A stretch of 64,000 bases of DNA from Cenarchaeum sp. (GCA_965242695.1 CBDESU010000001.1:1760001-1824000); one strand, 5' to 3'. Positions 40,201 to 47,992 are shown, numbered from the stretch's first letter. Notes: generated by a model not told the origin, from the letters alone. Made by a program: numbers and translations.

Positions 40201-40702
40201 CGTCAAAGGTCAGCGTATGCACCGTTGTCCCGTCTCCGGTGATGCGTGTGACGTTACGCAGATCATAGTCGACAGAATCGTAATCTTCAGGATCCATGCC
40301 CACCACGTAACTCATCGAAAGATTGGCGTCTACAGTAGCACTTTTGGTGTACGTGATGGTAAGCTGGTTAGGAGAGACGAACACAGCGGCGTTGTCAATA
40401 TTGTCGATCGATAGATCAGAATCAGTCGCCTGCGCATACGCCTGGACGGCCAGCCACGCACCGCCAGCGCCCTGGCCGTGCAACCAAGAGGTATAGTCGA
40501 CCTCTCCGATGCTGCCATCGTGGTACGGCACGGCAAGCGCGGCCGGCAGTGCAAGAACGGCGCACAAGGCCAAGACTGCCAGTCGGCCAGCCTGTGCGCC
40601 AGAGCGTCTGGAAGCCGCTACAGGCGCCGCCCGATCGGGCGCGCGGCAAGGCGTACCCTCGGCCCTGCCGGCGCGGGCTGCAAGCCGCTGGCCAATGCCC
40701 AT
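34268..40702 (-). CDS. giant cell-surface protein (about 2144 aa) with Ig-like repeats and CFI-box-CTERM
   Basis: ATG 40702 with TTATATA upstream; hydrophobic signal, beta-rich D.Q.P...SA...Y..P repeats, many NxS/T sequons, C-terminal GCLIATAAYGTELAPQVQALRE plus TM and Arg tail. Confidence 0.88.
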   Translation of the reverse strand: MGIGQRLAARAGRAEGTPCRAPDRAAPVAASRRSGAQAGRLAVLALCAVLALPAALAVPYHDGSIGEVDYTSWLHGQGAGGAWLAVQAYAQATDSDLSIDNIDNAAVFVSPNQLTITYTKSATVDANLSMSYVVGMDPEDYDSVDYDLRNVTRITGDGTTVHTLTFDGPPVAKNAADAGIYVGRITNASNVLWSGWASDWDDPTTFVYEPVYDAQRPAVVSAKLTSDRTLAVAYDEPVSYASYADYSITLAGGGTVAVTSVVSGDGDGLAIAPLETAVQHVLGLESSVSLDEISMLNINGSNVKDASQYLVNGTYVIGNALLDNPVVVDDGMAPRPIRAEIVGPLSINVTFSEPVHSSPANYEAITIASDYLQFDARNRTVTAVVAGNGTAMHTLMLDMPDRPIPLVARGSVAAGVIGIVGVTDLNGNTMLAVEDIPITDARNMDGAPWMIAARFTGYNEVTVSYNASAWVPDGGYSVLASAASMPYANASEKFDYSWTYNSTNYNGTFVSLDIVGVEGNGTALHKLTINGSSGVGRSAYGLINVTGLAQLDNTPVGRDYTNEFVYDEQLPRVVSARITGDRTVVVEYDQPTVGPLSGYQKVVVYDNDGQPTEVDVSMVRTGTMSTLGRSFSQPVVLDRADIVGFHGDWRNPDVTPPNNIGQVRGDGDGSYVGRLLLSNGAEIFVQVVDLEKSSWGLEDWVGNYTGVNYTGAWAGGAKWYAAGWNNSASDHDVVVYKNQWLVMSDEVSTLVGVEHLNVHSGETATECEFYSTPFGIVLDEETGRVARGGVTNASSNFESLCRMMQMPGTHHMITLAEDIPDDARTSLVITASVTGSDGTLGTNGDPIANIGVAYRGADAYLYDQQYINNASTASVVLSGSALVDISSLSAGSYTPTTNPYLHILSDHMVLQLYLNEAVDVSSIDLSKVSIPMRWNGTSYDYRPDKNTEVITINGSERIGIKIAGMTSYIPVPVLALQWGNYTGYNEDIDLDGNKNANIITMLPSNTTIDYSTVLREALLNHTVSGGYQGLRVNIQQGFAANANGDTIGFGNYPAAVGMDPFPAPDMVRLRSASITSGNNITINYTGAVDADTSDYTGLDLAPGGSRAVMSVSGSGTAEHVLVFNGTAAAAGATGTIDIGQLDNPDGYVAFAGAVNQKIGGDGSIAETSMRAGLESIKSAQGMLTATYTSPVDAAIDDYTIRIQENDQTVAITNITGSGSKTHMVEHEVLSNGTWVLVTISALDDEGSGYTYEGTSQPLAVLATSDGRSTTPATLTRITSNGIALEADYTHPIDTHDASQGVNGTIPPAAYHYAITYENGTVIPIAGVSANAATTHVIGHAPLPNGTKMLVSVRAHSTEAGGAWFEGIVNEPVTVDINATIAPPPTVVTPPTRTEVEVLADAQFISSNKAVISYTGPLDGPRDAYGRVTSEAGLDAPTIDVTGLGTEAHTVTFNGSVAEMQAGEIALNKDLEGIRGNITYTFTNDTIPVRALSRTITLQDSGTVQIARDSIVSEVTTRGNDTARIGIDITGLSDTPLVSDPANNTVRFPDSRNITVTTTFAQVVIPPNATAMSVPADGNLELYVVSGNERPEADDVIAALDLGNNSVRIGKIVEIGDSETHITFTIPIRILLEGQAGGRAFYMNNSDDAVMPINTMCRADSTSEVHDQLNGTGECQLDSGDDKVIHTYHLTRFGTVTLVDMEMHTMVVTVMPKETGGDGGTKPPVVVVPPPDATGPAGQAGPAFLGGGSGGGRGGGGGGGGGSIIPTGSGGPVLYSASWDCDDGTVRMAVNDGMRSPDIVVVSSTGTVPATLADVQDMSGRTIYEAPLPTDGIFSIRATAVDGRAVSSVSESIRTGGACTGETVFRQYAPGDGTAQPAGMSVEDITGGEPAPAREPTDDQPRQPDAPAVSQPSDEMAGEDAEPELVRPAFEIEEGRDASYYVKRYAEQPAYREWFDSSYPQYADICEAVGVASGCVEAHLAGKVAEPKDGMGDAQDADREPTTGTAAPDDDDSGCLIATAAYGTELAPQVQALREYRDGTLLATGSGSAFMSAFSSAYYAFSPQVADLEREHPAFRQAVAALMMPMLYTLQVATHADPASEDSVLAYGIAAMLLVSVVYAGAPAAGAVAVAWAVRRRRRVRRTVA

Positions 40703-41169
40703 GTCCGGCGGCGCCCAAAGAGGGCTATATAACAATTCTGTAGGGGGGTGGGGGCACGATCCCCACTCCACGCGCCAAATTTCCGGCCAAAAAGCCGCCA
40801 TTGTGTGCAATTCCAGACGTCCCTGGGCGCCAGAACCGCAAGGCCTTGCAGGGCGGCGCGCGGGGACTCCAAAGGCGTCGCACGCAGGCCTAGGCGCAGG
40901 GGCAGGGCAGGTGCGGCAGACAGGATGCGCAGAGGCGCGAATAGCCGATCGGGGCGGCGGGGGCAGGAATGCCGCCAAGCCGTACAGCAGCAGGCGCGGC
41001 GCGCGACGGGAGAACTGGGGCCGTGTGGTCGGCGGCCCCTCGACATGGCGCCACGGCGCGGCCGCGGCCGATCGGGGCAGTCGGCGCCGTGGCGCGGCAG
41101 GGCCGGCACGGCTGCGGCGGGCGGGCAGAACAGGACAGTGATGGCGAGGGCCAAGGCGTCCAGGCATGG

Positions 41170-41275
41170 GAGGCAGGTCCGCGCAGGGCCGCGCCCCGCA
41201 TCGGCCGCAGAGTCTGCGGCTGTCGGCAGGGGGGATGTCAAGAGGCAGGTCCGCGCAGGGCCGCGCCCCGCATCG
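41170..41275. repeat. repeat-spacer-repeat unit: 34-bp perfect repeat, 38-nt insert
   Basis: GAGGCAGGTCCGCGCAGGGCCGCGCCCCGCATCG at 41170 and 41242. Confidence 0.9.
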
Positions 41276-41361
41276 CTGCCGGCTGCGGACCGCCGCCAGC
41301 CCCACGTCGCGCCCGCGCCGGATGCGCTGCAGTGGATTGGAGGATGCGCCCGATCTCCGAG

Positions 41362-41461
41362 GGCGGATGCATGCCTCGCGGCCCTCGCGCCGAGCCGCCT
41401 GGCCCGCCAGGGATCGGCCGCCGCGGCGGATGCATGCCTCGCGGCCCTCGCGCCGAGCCGC
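41362..41461. repeat. repeat-spacer-repeat unit: 37-bp perfect repeat, 26-nt insert
   Basis: GGCGGATGCATGCCTCGCGGCCCTCGCGCCGAGCCGC at 41362 and 41425. Confidence 0.9.
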
Positions 41462-41636
41462 AGGACAGAGGCGCGCGCGAGCCGCCATGTCGGCGGGCAG
41501 GGCGGCATTCCTCCCCCCGACGGCCCGCGCAGCCCGCAAGTCGGTCCGTGCGCCTGCCGCCCGAATGCGAGATGCGGCCGCAACAGCGGCGGCACAATAT
41601 ACAACGGCATAAATACGGCAGACGCATCCCGCAACC

Positions 41637-42803
41637 ATGGCGGGGCAGGCGGCAAAACTCGTGGCCAAGCAGATGGGGCGGCGCGGAGCGGCGTACTGGC
41701 TGTACGAGCACGAGTACGAAGGTGGGATCGCGGAGCTCTTGGAGAAGCTCGACGCGATGCTGCGCGAGGACCGGCGGCTGCAGGTCACTGCGATGATCCT
41801 CGTCTGCAAGGAGGACATGCTCGGCAGCCTAGACGGGGGGCGGTCCAGGCCCCCGTTCGCCGCAGAGGTGGTGCGGCTGGACAGGGAGACTGGCATGGCA
41901 AGCATCTCGGTCGGCGGAGAGGGCTCCGGCGGGCCTGGGATGGTGCGGATTGCAAAGATGCAGGATCCGTTCGTATACCTTGCCATCACCGGCGGGAGCG
42001 CCGCGTTCGTGGACCGCGCGCTCGTGCCGTTCGTCCAGTCGCTCTATCCCGGCGTGTCCGAGGCGGCCCTGAGCTCGGCCGAGATGCGCGGGGCGCTCGA
42101 CATCCTCGAGCGCAGGTCGGGCGGGGAGGTCAGGATCGCCGGCGTGGAGGCATGCCCCAAGGAGGACGGGGCGGGCGGCAGGCGCGGCGGGCCCGATGTG
42201 GGGGAGAGATGGGACGGGGTGCATGGATCGTTCGCGGCAGGCGCGGATGCCCCGTACCGCGACGCCCTTGACGAGGCCGCCGAGGGTGGCCGGCGGATAG
42301 GCAGGGTGCAGATGCGTCTGGTCCGGGACGGCACCCCCTCGATGGAGTGCCAGATCTCGAGGCGCTGCCTGCTCCGGTTCCGGCTGTCGATGCGGCCGTT
42401 CTGCACGAGCGCGCTGCCCTACATGGCGGGCCTGGCAAGCGGCAAGACCAGGCTCTACTCGGGGCGCTCCAAGATGGAGAACGGCGGCCGCATCAGGGCT
42501 CTCGATATCGTGCTGGACGACGATGTGTTCAGCAATGTCCACGAAAACGAAAGGCTTGTGCGCATCATCCGCGCCATGCCGCACAGTGCTGGAAGCGCGT
42601 ACAGCATCTTCCCGTACGTGCACAGGTCACTGGTCGACTACATGGACGGCTCGTCGTTCGACATACTGGTGACCACCGCAGACAGGATAACCATCGTGCT
42701 GCAGCCAAGTGCCACGCATGCATCCATTGCGCGCCTGGTAAACCACATATTCGAGCGGTTCGCCGAGGGGCGCGTAGAGGAGCATCATGAAGCGCGGCAG
42801 TGA
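41637..42803 (+). CDS. uncharacterised protein, copy 1 (partner of downstream nuclease)
   Basis: 388-aa ORF with CATAAATA upstream; C-terminal DY.DGSSFD...I.IV.Q...A..ARL.NHIF..F.EG; paralog at 44501. Confidence 0.8.
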   Translation: MAGQAAKLVAKQMGRRGAAYWLYEHEYEGGIAELLEKLDAMLREDRRLQVTAMILVCKEDMLGSLDGGRSRPPFAAEVVRLDRETGMASISVGGEGSGGPGMVRIAKMQDPFVYLAITGGSAAFVDRALVPFVQSLYPGVSEAALSSAEMRGALDILERRSGGEVRIAGVEACPKEDGAGGRRGGPDVGERWDGVHGSFAAGADAPYRDALDEAAEGGRRIGRVQMRLVRDGTPSMECQISRRCLLRFRLSMRPFCTSALPYMAGLASGKTRLYSGRSKMENGGRIRALDIVLDDDVFSNVHENERLVRIIRAMPHSAGSAYSIFPYVHRSLVDYMDGSSFDILVTTADRITIVLQPSATHASIARLVNHIFERFAEGRVEEHHEARQ

Positions 42804-43743
42804 CGACGCGCACAGGGCGCTGGCCGATTGCAGATTGTACAAGCTGACTACAGTGATGCTCATGGCGATCGGCTCCATGTTCAGAAGCCACTTCGGCGCA
42901 TCCGTCGGCATGGGCAGGGCAGTGAGGAGGATTTCCGCCGACGGCGCGGCCATGCCCGACCCCGTGACGCCGGACATGATGGCGCAGGGGCGCGGCCTGA
43001 ACGTAGTGGTAGAGATCAAGGCAAGCTTTCCCTCGGGCGCCCGTGCGCGCCAGAAGATCCTCGACCAGCTGAAAAAATACGACTGCAGGCTGGTCGGCTG
43101 GCCAGAAAAAGATGTGTTCGAGCACGACATCATGGCGGTGACCCGATCGGAGGATGCCTCAGAGATGTCGGTATATTTGCAAAAAAAGACCGGTATCGGG
43201 AAAGATATGTTTTCAAACCCGCTGTGCGTGATCGAGTTTGCCCAACCAGGAGGAGGCAAGAAGTCGTTTTTTGTCAGGACGGCATCAGGAAATCCCACAA
43301 ACAAAGAGCTGCGATCATATATGGAGAACGGCGCGGAGATCAACGTCGGCTCCGTCTCACTCGCATTCAGCACGCTCTGGTTCTACGACAGTGAGCCCAT
43401 GCCCCCGTATACAATGACCGTAATCTGGGAAAAAATATTCTCGGAGGTTTATAGAAGGAAGGCCAGCGGCCTGGCACATGGACGGGAAACCGTCCTGCTG
43501 CGTATGACAGTCGATGAGGTTATGGACAGGTTCCGTGCGCTCGCAGTCTCCACGCCAAGGGCCCCGCGCCGCAGGTGGATTGTCAAGGGAATGGACGGGC
43601 TGGTCAAGATCGGGATGGCGAGGAAGGACGAAGACGGGGCCTACATCGTCGTCTATCCCGCGATTGAAGGTGAAGACCTGCTGGAGGTTTTTGCCAGGAA
43701 GTGGGCCGTCGCGCAAAGCGGCGATCCCCGGGGGCATGCCTAG
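42787..43743 (+). CDS. PD-(D/E)xK restriction-endonuclease-fold protein with possible C-terminal winged helix
   Basis: TPDMMA...VVVEIKAS...DQLKKY; overlaps the upstream gene by 17 nt; lower GC. Confidence 0.7.
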   Translation: MKRGSDDAHRALADCRLYKLTTVMLMAIGSMFRSHFGASVGMGRAVRRISADGAAMPDPVTPDMMAQGRGLNVVVEIKASFPSGARARQKILDQLKKYDCRLVGWPEKDVFEHDIMAVTRSEDASEMSVYLQKKTGIGKDMFSNPLCVIEFAQPGGGKKSFFVRTASGNPTNKELRSYMENGAEINVGSVSLAFSTLWFYDSEPMPPYTMTVIWEKIFSEVYRRKASGLAHGRETVLLRMTVDEVMDRFRALAVSTPRAPRRRWIVKGMDGLVKIGMARKDEDGAYIVVYPAIEGEDLLEVFARKWAVAQSGDPRGHA

Positions 43744-44232
43744 GCCGCGGAGAACCTGCCCGGCCAGGGCTGCCTGCGCCGAAGGAGCAGGATGCGCCGC
43801 ATGCGCACATCCAGGCCGCGGTGCAGGCCGCTGCGCCGGTACTCTCGCATGCAGGGCTCGGGCCCCTGCGGCGCCGGCCTCCAGGCAGCATGCCGTGAGG
43901 GCCGCATACCCTGCCGGCCGCCTAGCGCACCCTCGCCGCCTCGCCCTCGGGGCCTGCACATCCGCTGCCCGCGCGCGCGGCCGCGCCGGCCCTGCATCTC
44001 CGCTCTCCCCGCCCGGCGCAGATTCGCAGGCGCAGCCCCGTCCGGCCGCCGCCTGGCGGCGGCCCCCCGCATTCCGTATCGGACAAGCGAACGCGCGGCG
44101 GGCGCCATCATCCATGCGATCCGCGGCCATGTGGCCCCCGCACTTCAGGGGCGCCCGCCGGCACCTGGGGCGATCTTTGCCGTCCGCATGCACCCGGCGC
44201 AGCGGCCCGCAGTCCGTCCGGCCGCCTGCCCG

Positions 44233-44341
44233 ACCCCATCATGTACATGATCAGCGGCCTCCTGCCACAGCAATATGTGGCGGACTCGAACAAGCCGGGC
44301 GGCACCCCGTCATGTACATGATCAGCGGCCTCCTGCCACAG
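44233..44341. repeat. repeat-spacer-repeat unit: 38-bp repeat (1 mismatch), 33-nt insert
   Basis: ACCCC(A/G)TCATGTACATGATCAGCGGCCTCCTGCCACAG at 44233 and 44304. Confidence 0.9.
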
Positions 44342-44500
44342 AGCGAAGCCATGGCAGCCGCGGCTGGGCGGAGACTGCAGGAGAATGCGTGGCCCTGTCC
44401 GCTTGGGGCCAGACTACCCCCCCCCCCCCTGAACCGGCGCGAAGCGGGCGCGGCGACACGCCACGCAACGGCATAAATGCGACGGGCATTCCCCGCAACC

Positions 44501-45679
44501 ATGGCGGGGCAGGCGGCAAAACTCGTGGCCAGGCAGAGCGGGCGGCGCGGCGCGGCGTACTGGTTGTACGAGCACGTGTACGAAGGGGGGATCGCGGAGC
44601 TCTTGGAGAAGCTCGACGCGATGCTGCGCGAGGACCGGCGGCTGCAGGTCACTGCGATGATCCTCATCTGCAAGGAGGATATGCTCGGCAGCCTGGACGG
44701 GGGGCGGTCAGGATCCCCGCTCTCCGCAGAGGTGGTGCGGCTGGACAGGGATACAGGCATGGCAAGCGTCTCGGTCAGCGGCGAGGGATCCGGCGGACCT
44801 GGGATGGTGCGGATTGCAAAGATGCAGGATCCGTTCGTGTACCTTGCAGTCACCGACGGGAGCGCCGCGTTCGTGGACCGCGCGCTCGTGCCGTTCGTCC
44901 AGTCGCTCTATCCCGGCGTGTCCGAGGCGGCCCTGAGCTCGGCCGAGATGCGCGGGGCGCTCGACATCCTCGAGCGCAGGTCGGGCGGTACGGTCAGGAT
45001 CGCCGGCGTGGAGGCATGCCCGGAACAGGACGGGGCGGGCGGCGGCCGCGGCGGGCCCGATGCGGGGGAGGTATGGGACGGAGCGCATGGATCGTCCGCG
45101 GCATGCGCGGATGCCCCGTACCGCGACGCCCTTGACGAGGCCGCCGAGGGCGGCCGGCGGATAGGCAGGGTGCAGATGCGCCTGGTTCGGGACGGCGTCC
45201 CCTCGATGGAGTGCCAGATCTCGAGGCGCTGCCTGCTCCGGTTCCGTCTGTCGATGCAGCCGTTCTGCACGAGCGCGCTGCCGTACATGGCGGGCCTGGC
45301 AAGCGGCAAGACCAGGCTCTACTCGGGGCGCTCCAGGATGGAGAACGGCGGCCGCATCAGGGCCCTTGTGATCATACTAGACCGCGATGCGTTCGGGGAC
45401 GGGCGTGAAAACGAAAGGCTTGTGCGCACCATCCGCGCCATGCCGCGTACGATGGGCAGTACATACCACCTGTTCCCGTTTGTGCACAGGTCACTGGTCG
45501 ACTACATAGACGGCTCGACGTTCGATGTCTGGGCCACGTCCACAAACAGGATAACCATCGTGCCGCAGCTTAGGGCCACGCATGCCGCCGTTGCGCGCCT
45601 GGTAAACCACATATTCGAGCGGTTCGCGGAGGGGCGCGTAGAGGAGTATCAAGAGGCGCAGCAGTGGCGGAGCGCGTAG
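44501..45679 (+). CDS. uncharacterised protein, copy 2 (paralog of 41637-42803)
   Basis: Near-identical DNA over the first ~290 codons including the promoter region; more diverged C-terminus. Confidence 0.8.
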   Translation: MAGQAAKLVARQSGRRGAAYWLYEHVYEGGIAELLEKLDAMLREDRRLQVTAMILICKEDMLGSLDGGRSGSPLSAEVVRLDRDTGMASVSVSGEGSGGPGMVRIAKMQDPFVYLAVTDGSAAFVDRALVPFVQSLYPGVSEAALSSAEMRGALDILERRSGGTVRIAGVEACPEQDGAGGGRGGPDAGEVWDGAHGSSAACADAPYRDALDEAAEGGRRIGRVQMRLVRDGVPSMECQISRRCLLRFRLSMQPFCTSALPYMAGLASGKTRLYSGRSRMENGGRIRALVIILDRDAFGDGRENERLVRTIRAMPRTMGSTYHLFPFVHRSLVDYIDGSTFDVWATSTNRITIVPQLRATHAAVARLVNHIFERFAEGRVEEYQEAQQWRSA

Positions 45680-45712
45680 GTTCCTGGCCAAGTCCAAATC
45701 GTACAAGCTGAC
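45648..45712 (+). pseudogene. remnant 5' end of a second nuclease gene copy
   Basis: IKRRSSGGARRFLAKSKSYKLT aligns with MKRGSDDAHRALADCRLYKLT; start codon reads ATC and homology is lost afterwards. Confidence 0.55.
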
Positions 45713-45958
45713 TCGGCAAAGTGCAGGCATCTGCACAGGATGCCACAGGGGGCCTCTTGACGCCAAGGCCCCCAGTTCGCCTGGCCCTAGACACGGCACA
45801 CTTCGCTCTGCAGGGCCCACATGGCAAATCAGATCATGCAATGACGCATGCGCTGCCAGATATCGGACAGGCTGTGCAGAAAAGTACGGCGCCGGCGGCT
45901 GCACGGAGTAGCGGCGCGACAGGGGGTTCCCCAGAGCCCCGCCTCGGCCCTCCTCCGG

Positions 45959-46462
45959 CTACCCGCCCGTCAGCCTTGCAAACTTTTCGTTCCTGCTCAG
46001 CTTTTCCATGAACTCTATGTTGGACAGGGCCACCACTGCCGACTCGACGACCGGCGCATCGGGGTCGGACAGGGCCTTTTCCAGGGCCTCGCGGGCCCTC
46101 CCGCTGCCGACGACCCCGAGCGCGATCGCCGCCTCGTGGCGGACGAACATGCTCGGATCGCCGAGCGTGGCCCGCTCCAGGTGCGGCACGCATGCAGAGT
46201 ACCCCATCTGGCCGAGCGAAAAGGCCGCCTCGTGGCGGACCAGCTCGTTCGGGTCGTCCCTGAGCACCCCCGCAATATGCTCGATCTTGTCCTCGCCGCC
46301 AAGGTCGACCAGGATGCATGTGGCCCTCGTGCGCACGACATAGTCGCCGTGCGAGAGCAGGCCGACAAAGTACCCCTCGTTCCTTTTTTCGTACTCGGAC
46401 TCCATCTCGGAGAAGAGCTGCAGGCGCTCGTCGGTTACGGCTTCCCTCACTGTGGTGGCCAC
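45959..46462 (-). CDS. HEAT-repeat (PBS lyase/DOHH-like) protein
   Basis: Repeated D....VRHEAA..LG motifs. Confidence 0.85.
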   Translation of the reverse strand: MATTVREAVTDERLQLFSEMESEYEKRNEGYFVGLLSHGDYVVRTRATCILVDLGGEDKIEHIAGVLRDDPNELVRHEAAFSLGQMGYSACVPHLERATLGDPSMFVRHEAAIALGVVGSGRAREALEKALSDPDAPVVESAVVALSNIEFMEKLSRNEKFARLTGG

Positions 46463-46561
46463 GGCCGGCTCCGCCGGCCGTGCAATATTACTCTACCATG
46501 CGCCGCCTCTTGGCAGCCGGCCGGAGCCACGCTTGAATAGCGGCGCACATGCGCGGGCCGC

Positions 46562-47275
46562 ATGGCCCCGCATCCGCACCCCCCGAGCCGGGCAGGGCGG
46601 CAGCGGCAGCGCCCGGCCGCCGCCGGCCGCCGCCGGCCGCCCATCCTCGCCATCATGGAGACGAGCGCCGTGGTGGGCGTGCTCTCGGCGCGGTATGCCG
46701 GCCGCCCGGCGCCGCGCTGGTTCGAGGACGGCATGCGCGGGGGCCGCATCGCCGTTCCCCGCACCGTAGAGGTCGAGCTCAAGAGGCTGCGCAAGTCGAA
46801 CCGGCGCGGCGCCGGGCGCAGGGCCGACCTGTCGTGGCTTGCGCGGCTCAGGGGGAGCGACCTAGAGTGGGTGTACGGCCTGTACCGCAGCCCGCCAATC
46901 GACGCCGGCGTGCAGTCCCGCATAGCCGCCATGCACGGGGCGGCCGTGCGCGACCCCGGCGGACAGGCCGCCGCCGCATGGCTGCGCTCAAAGCGCACGT
47001 TCGTCCGCGGAAGGCTCGGCCTGGACCCCTCGTCCCTGTCTGGCCACAGGGCCGGCAGGGCCCTTTCGCTCCTGTCCAGGGCCGCCGGCAACGACCGCGA
47101 CATAATGGCCCAAGCCGTCGCGATCGCCTCGGCAGCCGCCTCCAGGGCGCCGCCCGGCGCCGCATCCGGCCCGCCCGTCCTGGTCTCGAGGGACGGCGAC
47201 TTTACGGCCTTTGCCGGCCCCCTTGAGGATATCGCCGGCGGCTCCATGCGGGTCGTCCACTACGCAAGAATGTGA
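46562..47275 (+). CDS. PIN-domain-like protein
   Basis: AIMETSAVV, VPRTVEVEL, NDRDIMAQA, VLVSRDGDF: PIN motif layout with Glu at the first acidic position; start uncertain. Confidence 0.6.
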   Translation: MAPHPHPPSRAGRQRQRPAAAGRRRPPILAIMETSAVVGVLSARYAGRPAPRWFEDGMRGGRIAVPRTVEVELKRLRKSNRRGAGRRADLSWLARLRGSDLEWVYGLYRSPPIDAGVQSRIAAMHGAAVRDPGGQAAAAWLRSKRTFVRGRLGLDPSSLSGHRAGRALSLLSRAAGNDRDIMAQAVAIASAAASRAPPGAASGPPVLVSRDGDFTAFAGPLEDIAGGSMRVVHYARM

Positions 47276-47314
47276 CGGCCGGGCGCCTGTCTTTTTATAC
47301 GGCCGGCCGGGCGC

Positions 47315-47992
47315 ATGGCCGTGCCCGCCCCCGAGATCGGCAAGCCCGCCCCGAACCTGAGCGTCTCGCGCTGGGTGCAGGGGCTGCCGACCAACCTGGA
47401 CCAGGAAAGGGACCGCATCGTCGTCGTCGAGGTCTTCCAGGTAAACTGCCCGGGCTGCTTCATGTACGCCATGCCAGAGGCCATCGACGTGTACAAGAGG
47501 CATGCCGAGGATGACGGCGTCAGGGTCCTCGGCGTGGCCACCGCGTTCGAGGACTTTGACAAGAACACCCTTGCCAACCTAGAGATGCTCGCCGAGACGG
47601 GCGAGGTCGTCGGCGACACGCTGGAGTCGCTCGGCAGGTACGGGCGCCTCAGGGACGGCAACCGCCTGCCCTACAAGATACCGTTCCCGCTCGCAATGGA
47701 CGAGCTCGTCCCGGCGGACGGCGAGCCTAGCATGGACGCCATACGCGCCATAATCGACCCGCAGGTGCCGGACTTTGACTCGATGCCCGGCGAGCACCGC
47801 GCGGATATCGTCGAGAGGGTCCGCGGCCACCTCCTCTCGAAGGAGTACTCGGCGCGCACGTTCGAGAGGTACGCCCTGCGTGGCACGCCGTCGACGATCA
47901 TAGTCGACCGCAGGGGCGTGCTGCGCAGCGTCACGTTCGGCAGCACGGGCGGGTCGATCGAGAGCATGGTAAGGGCGCTGCTCGACGAGTAG
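47315..47992 (+). CDS. TlpA/redoxin-like thioredoxin-fold protein
   Basis: IG.PAP, VEVFQVNCPGC, GTPSTIIVDRRG; TTTTATA upstream. Confidence 0.85.
   Translation: MAVPAPEIGKPAPNLSVSRWVQGLPTNLDQERDRIVVVEVFQVNCPGCFMYAMPEAIDVYKRHAEDDGVRVLGVATAFEDFDKNTLANLEMLAETGEVVGDTLESLGRYGRLRDGNRLPYKIPFPLAMDELVPADGEPSMDAIRAIIDPQVPDFDSMPGEHRADIVERVRGHLLSKEYSARTFERYALRGTPSTIIVDRRGVLRSVTFGSTGGSIESMVRALLDE

Noticed and set aside
40703-41989. N-terminal 430 aa of the 2573-aa ORF call
   Set aside because: Arg/Pro/Ala-rich read-through of intergenic DNA, antisense to the gene at 41637; the TATA box and signal peptide support a start at 40702.
41637-45679. Diversity-generating retroelement (TR/VR pair)
   Set aside because: Differences between the copies are not adenine-specific, and no reverse transcriptase is present.
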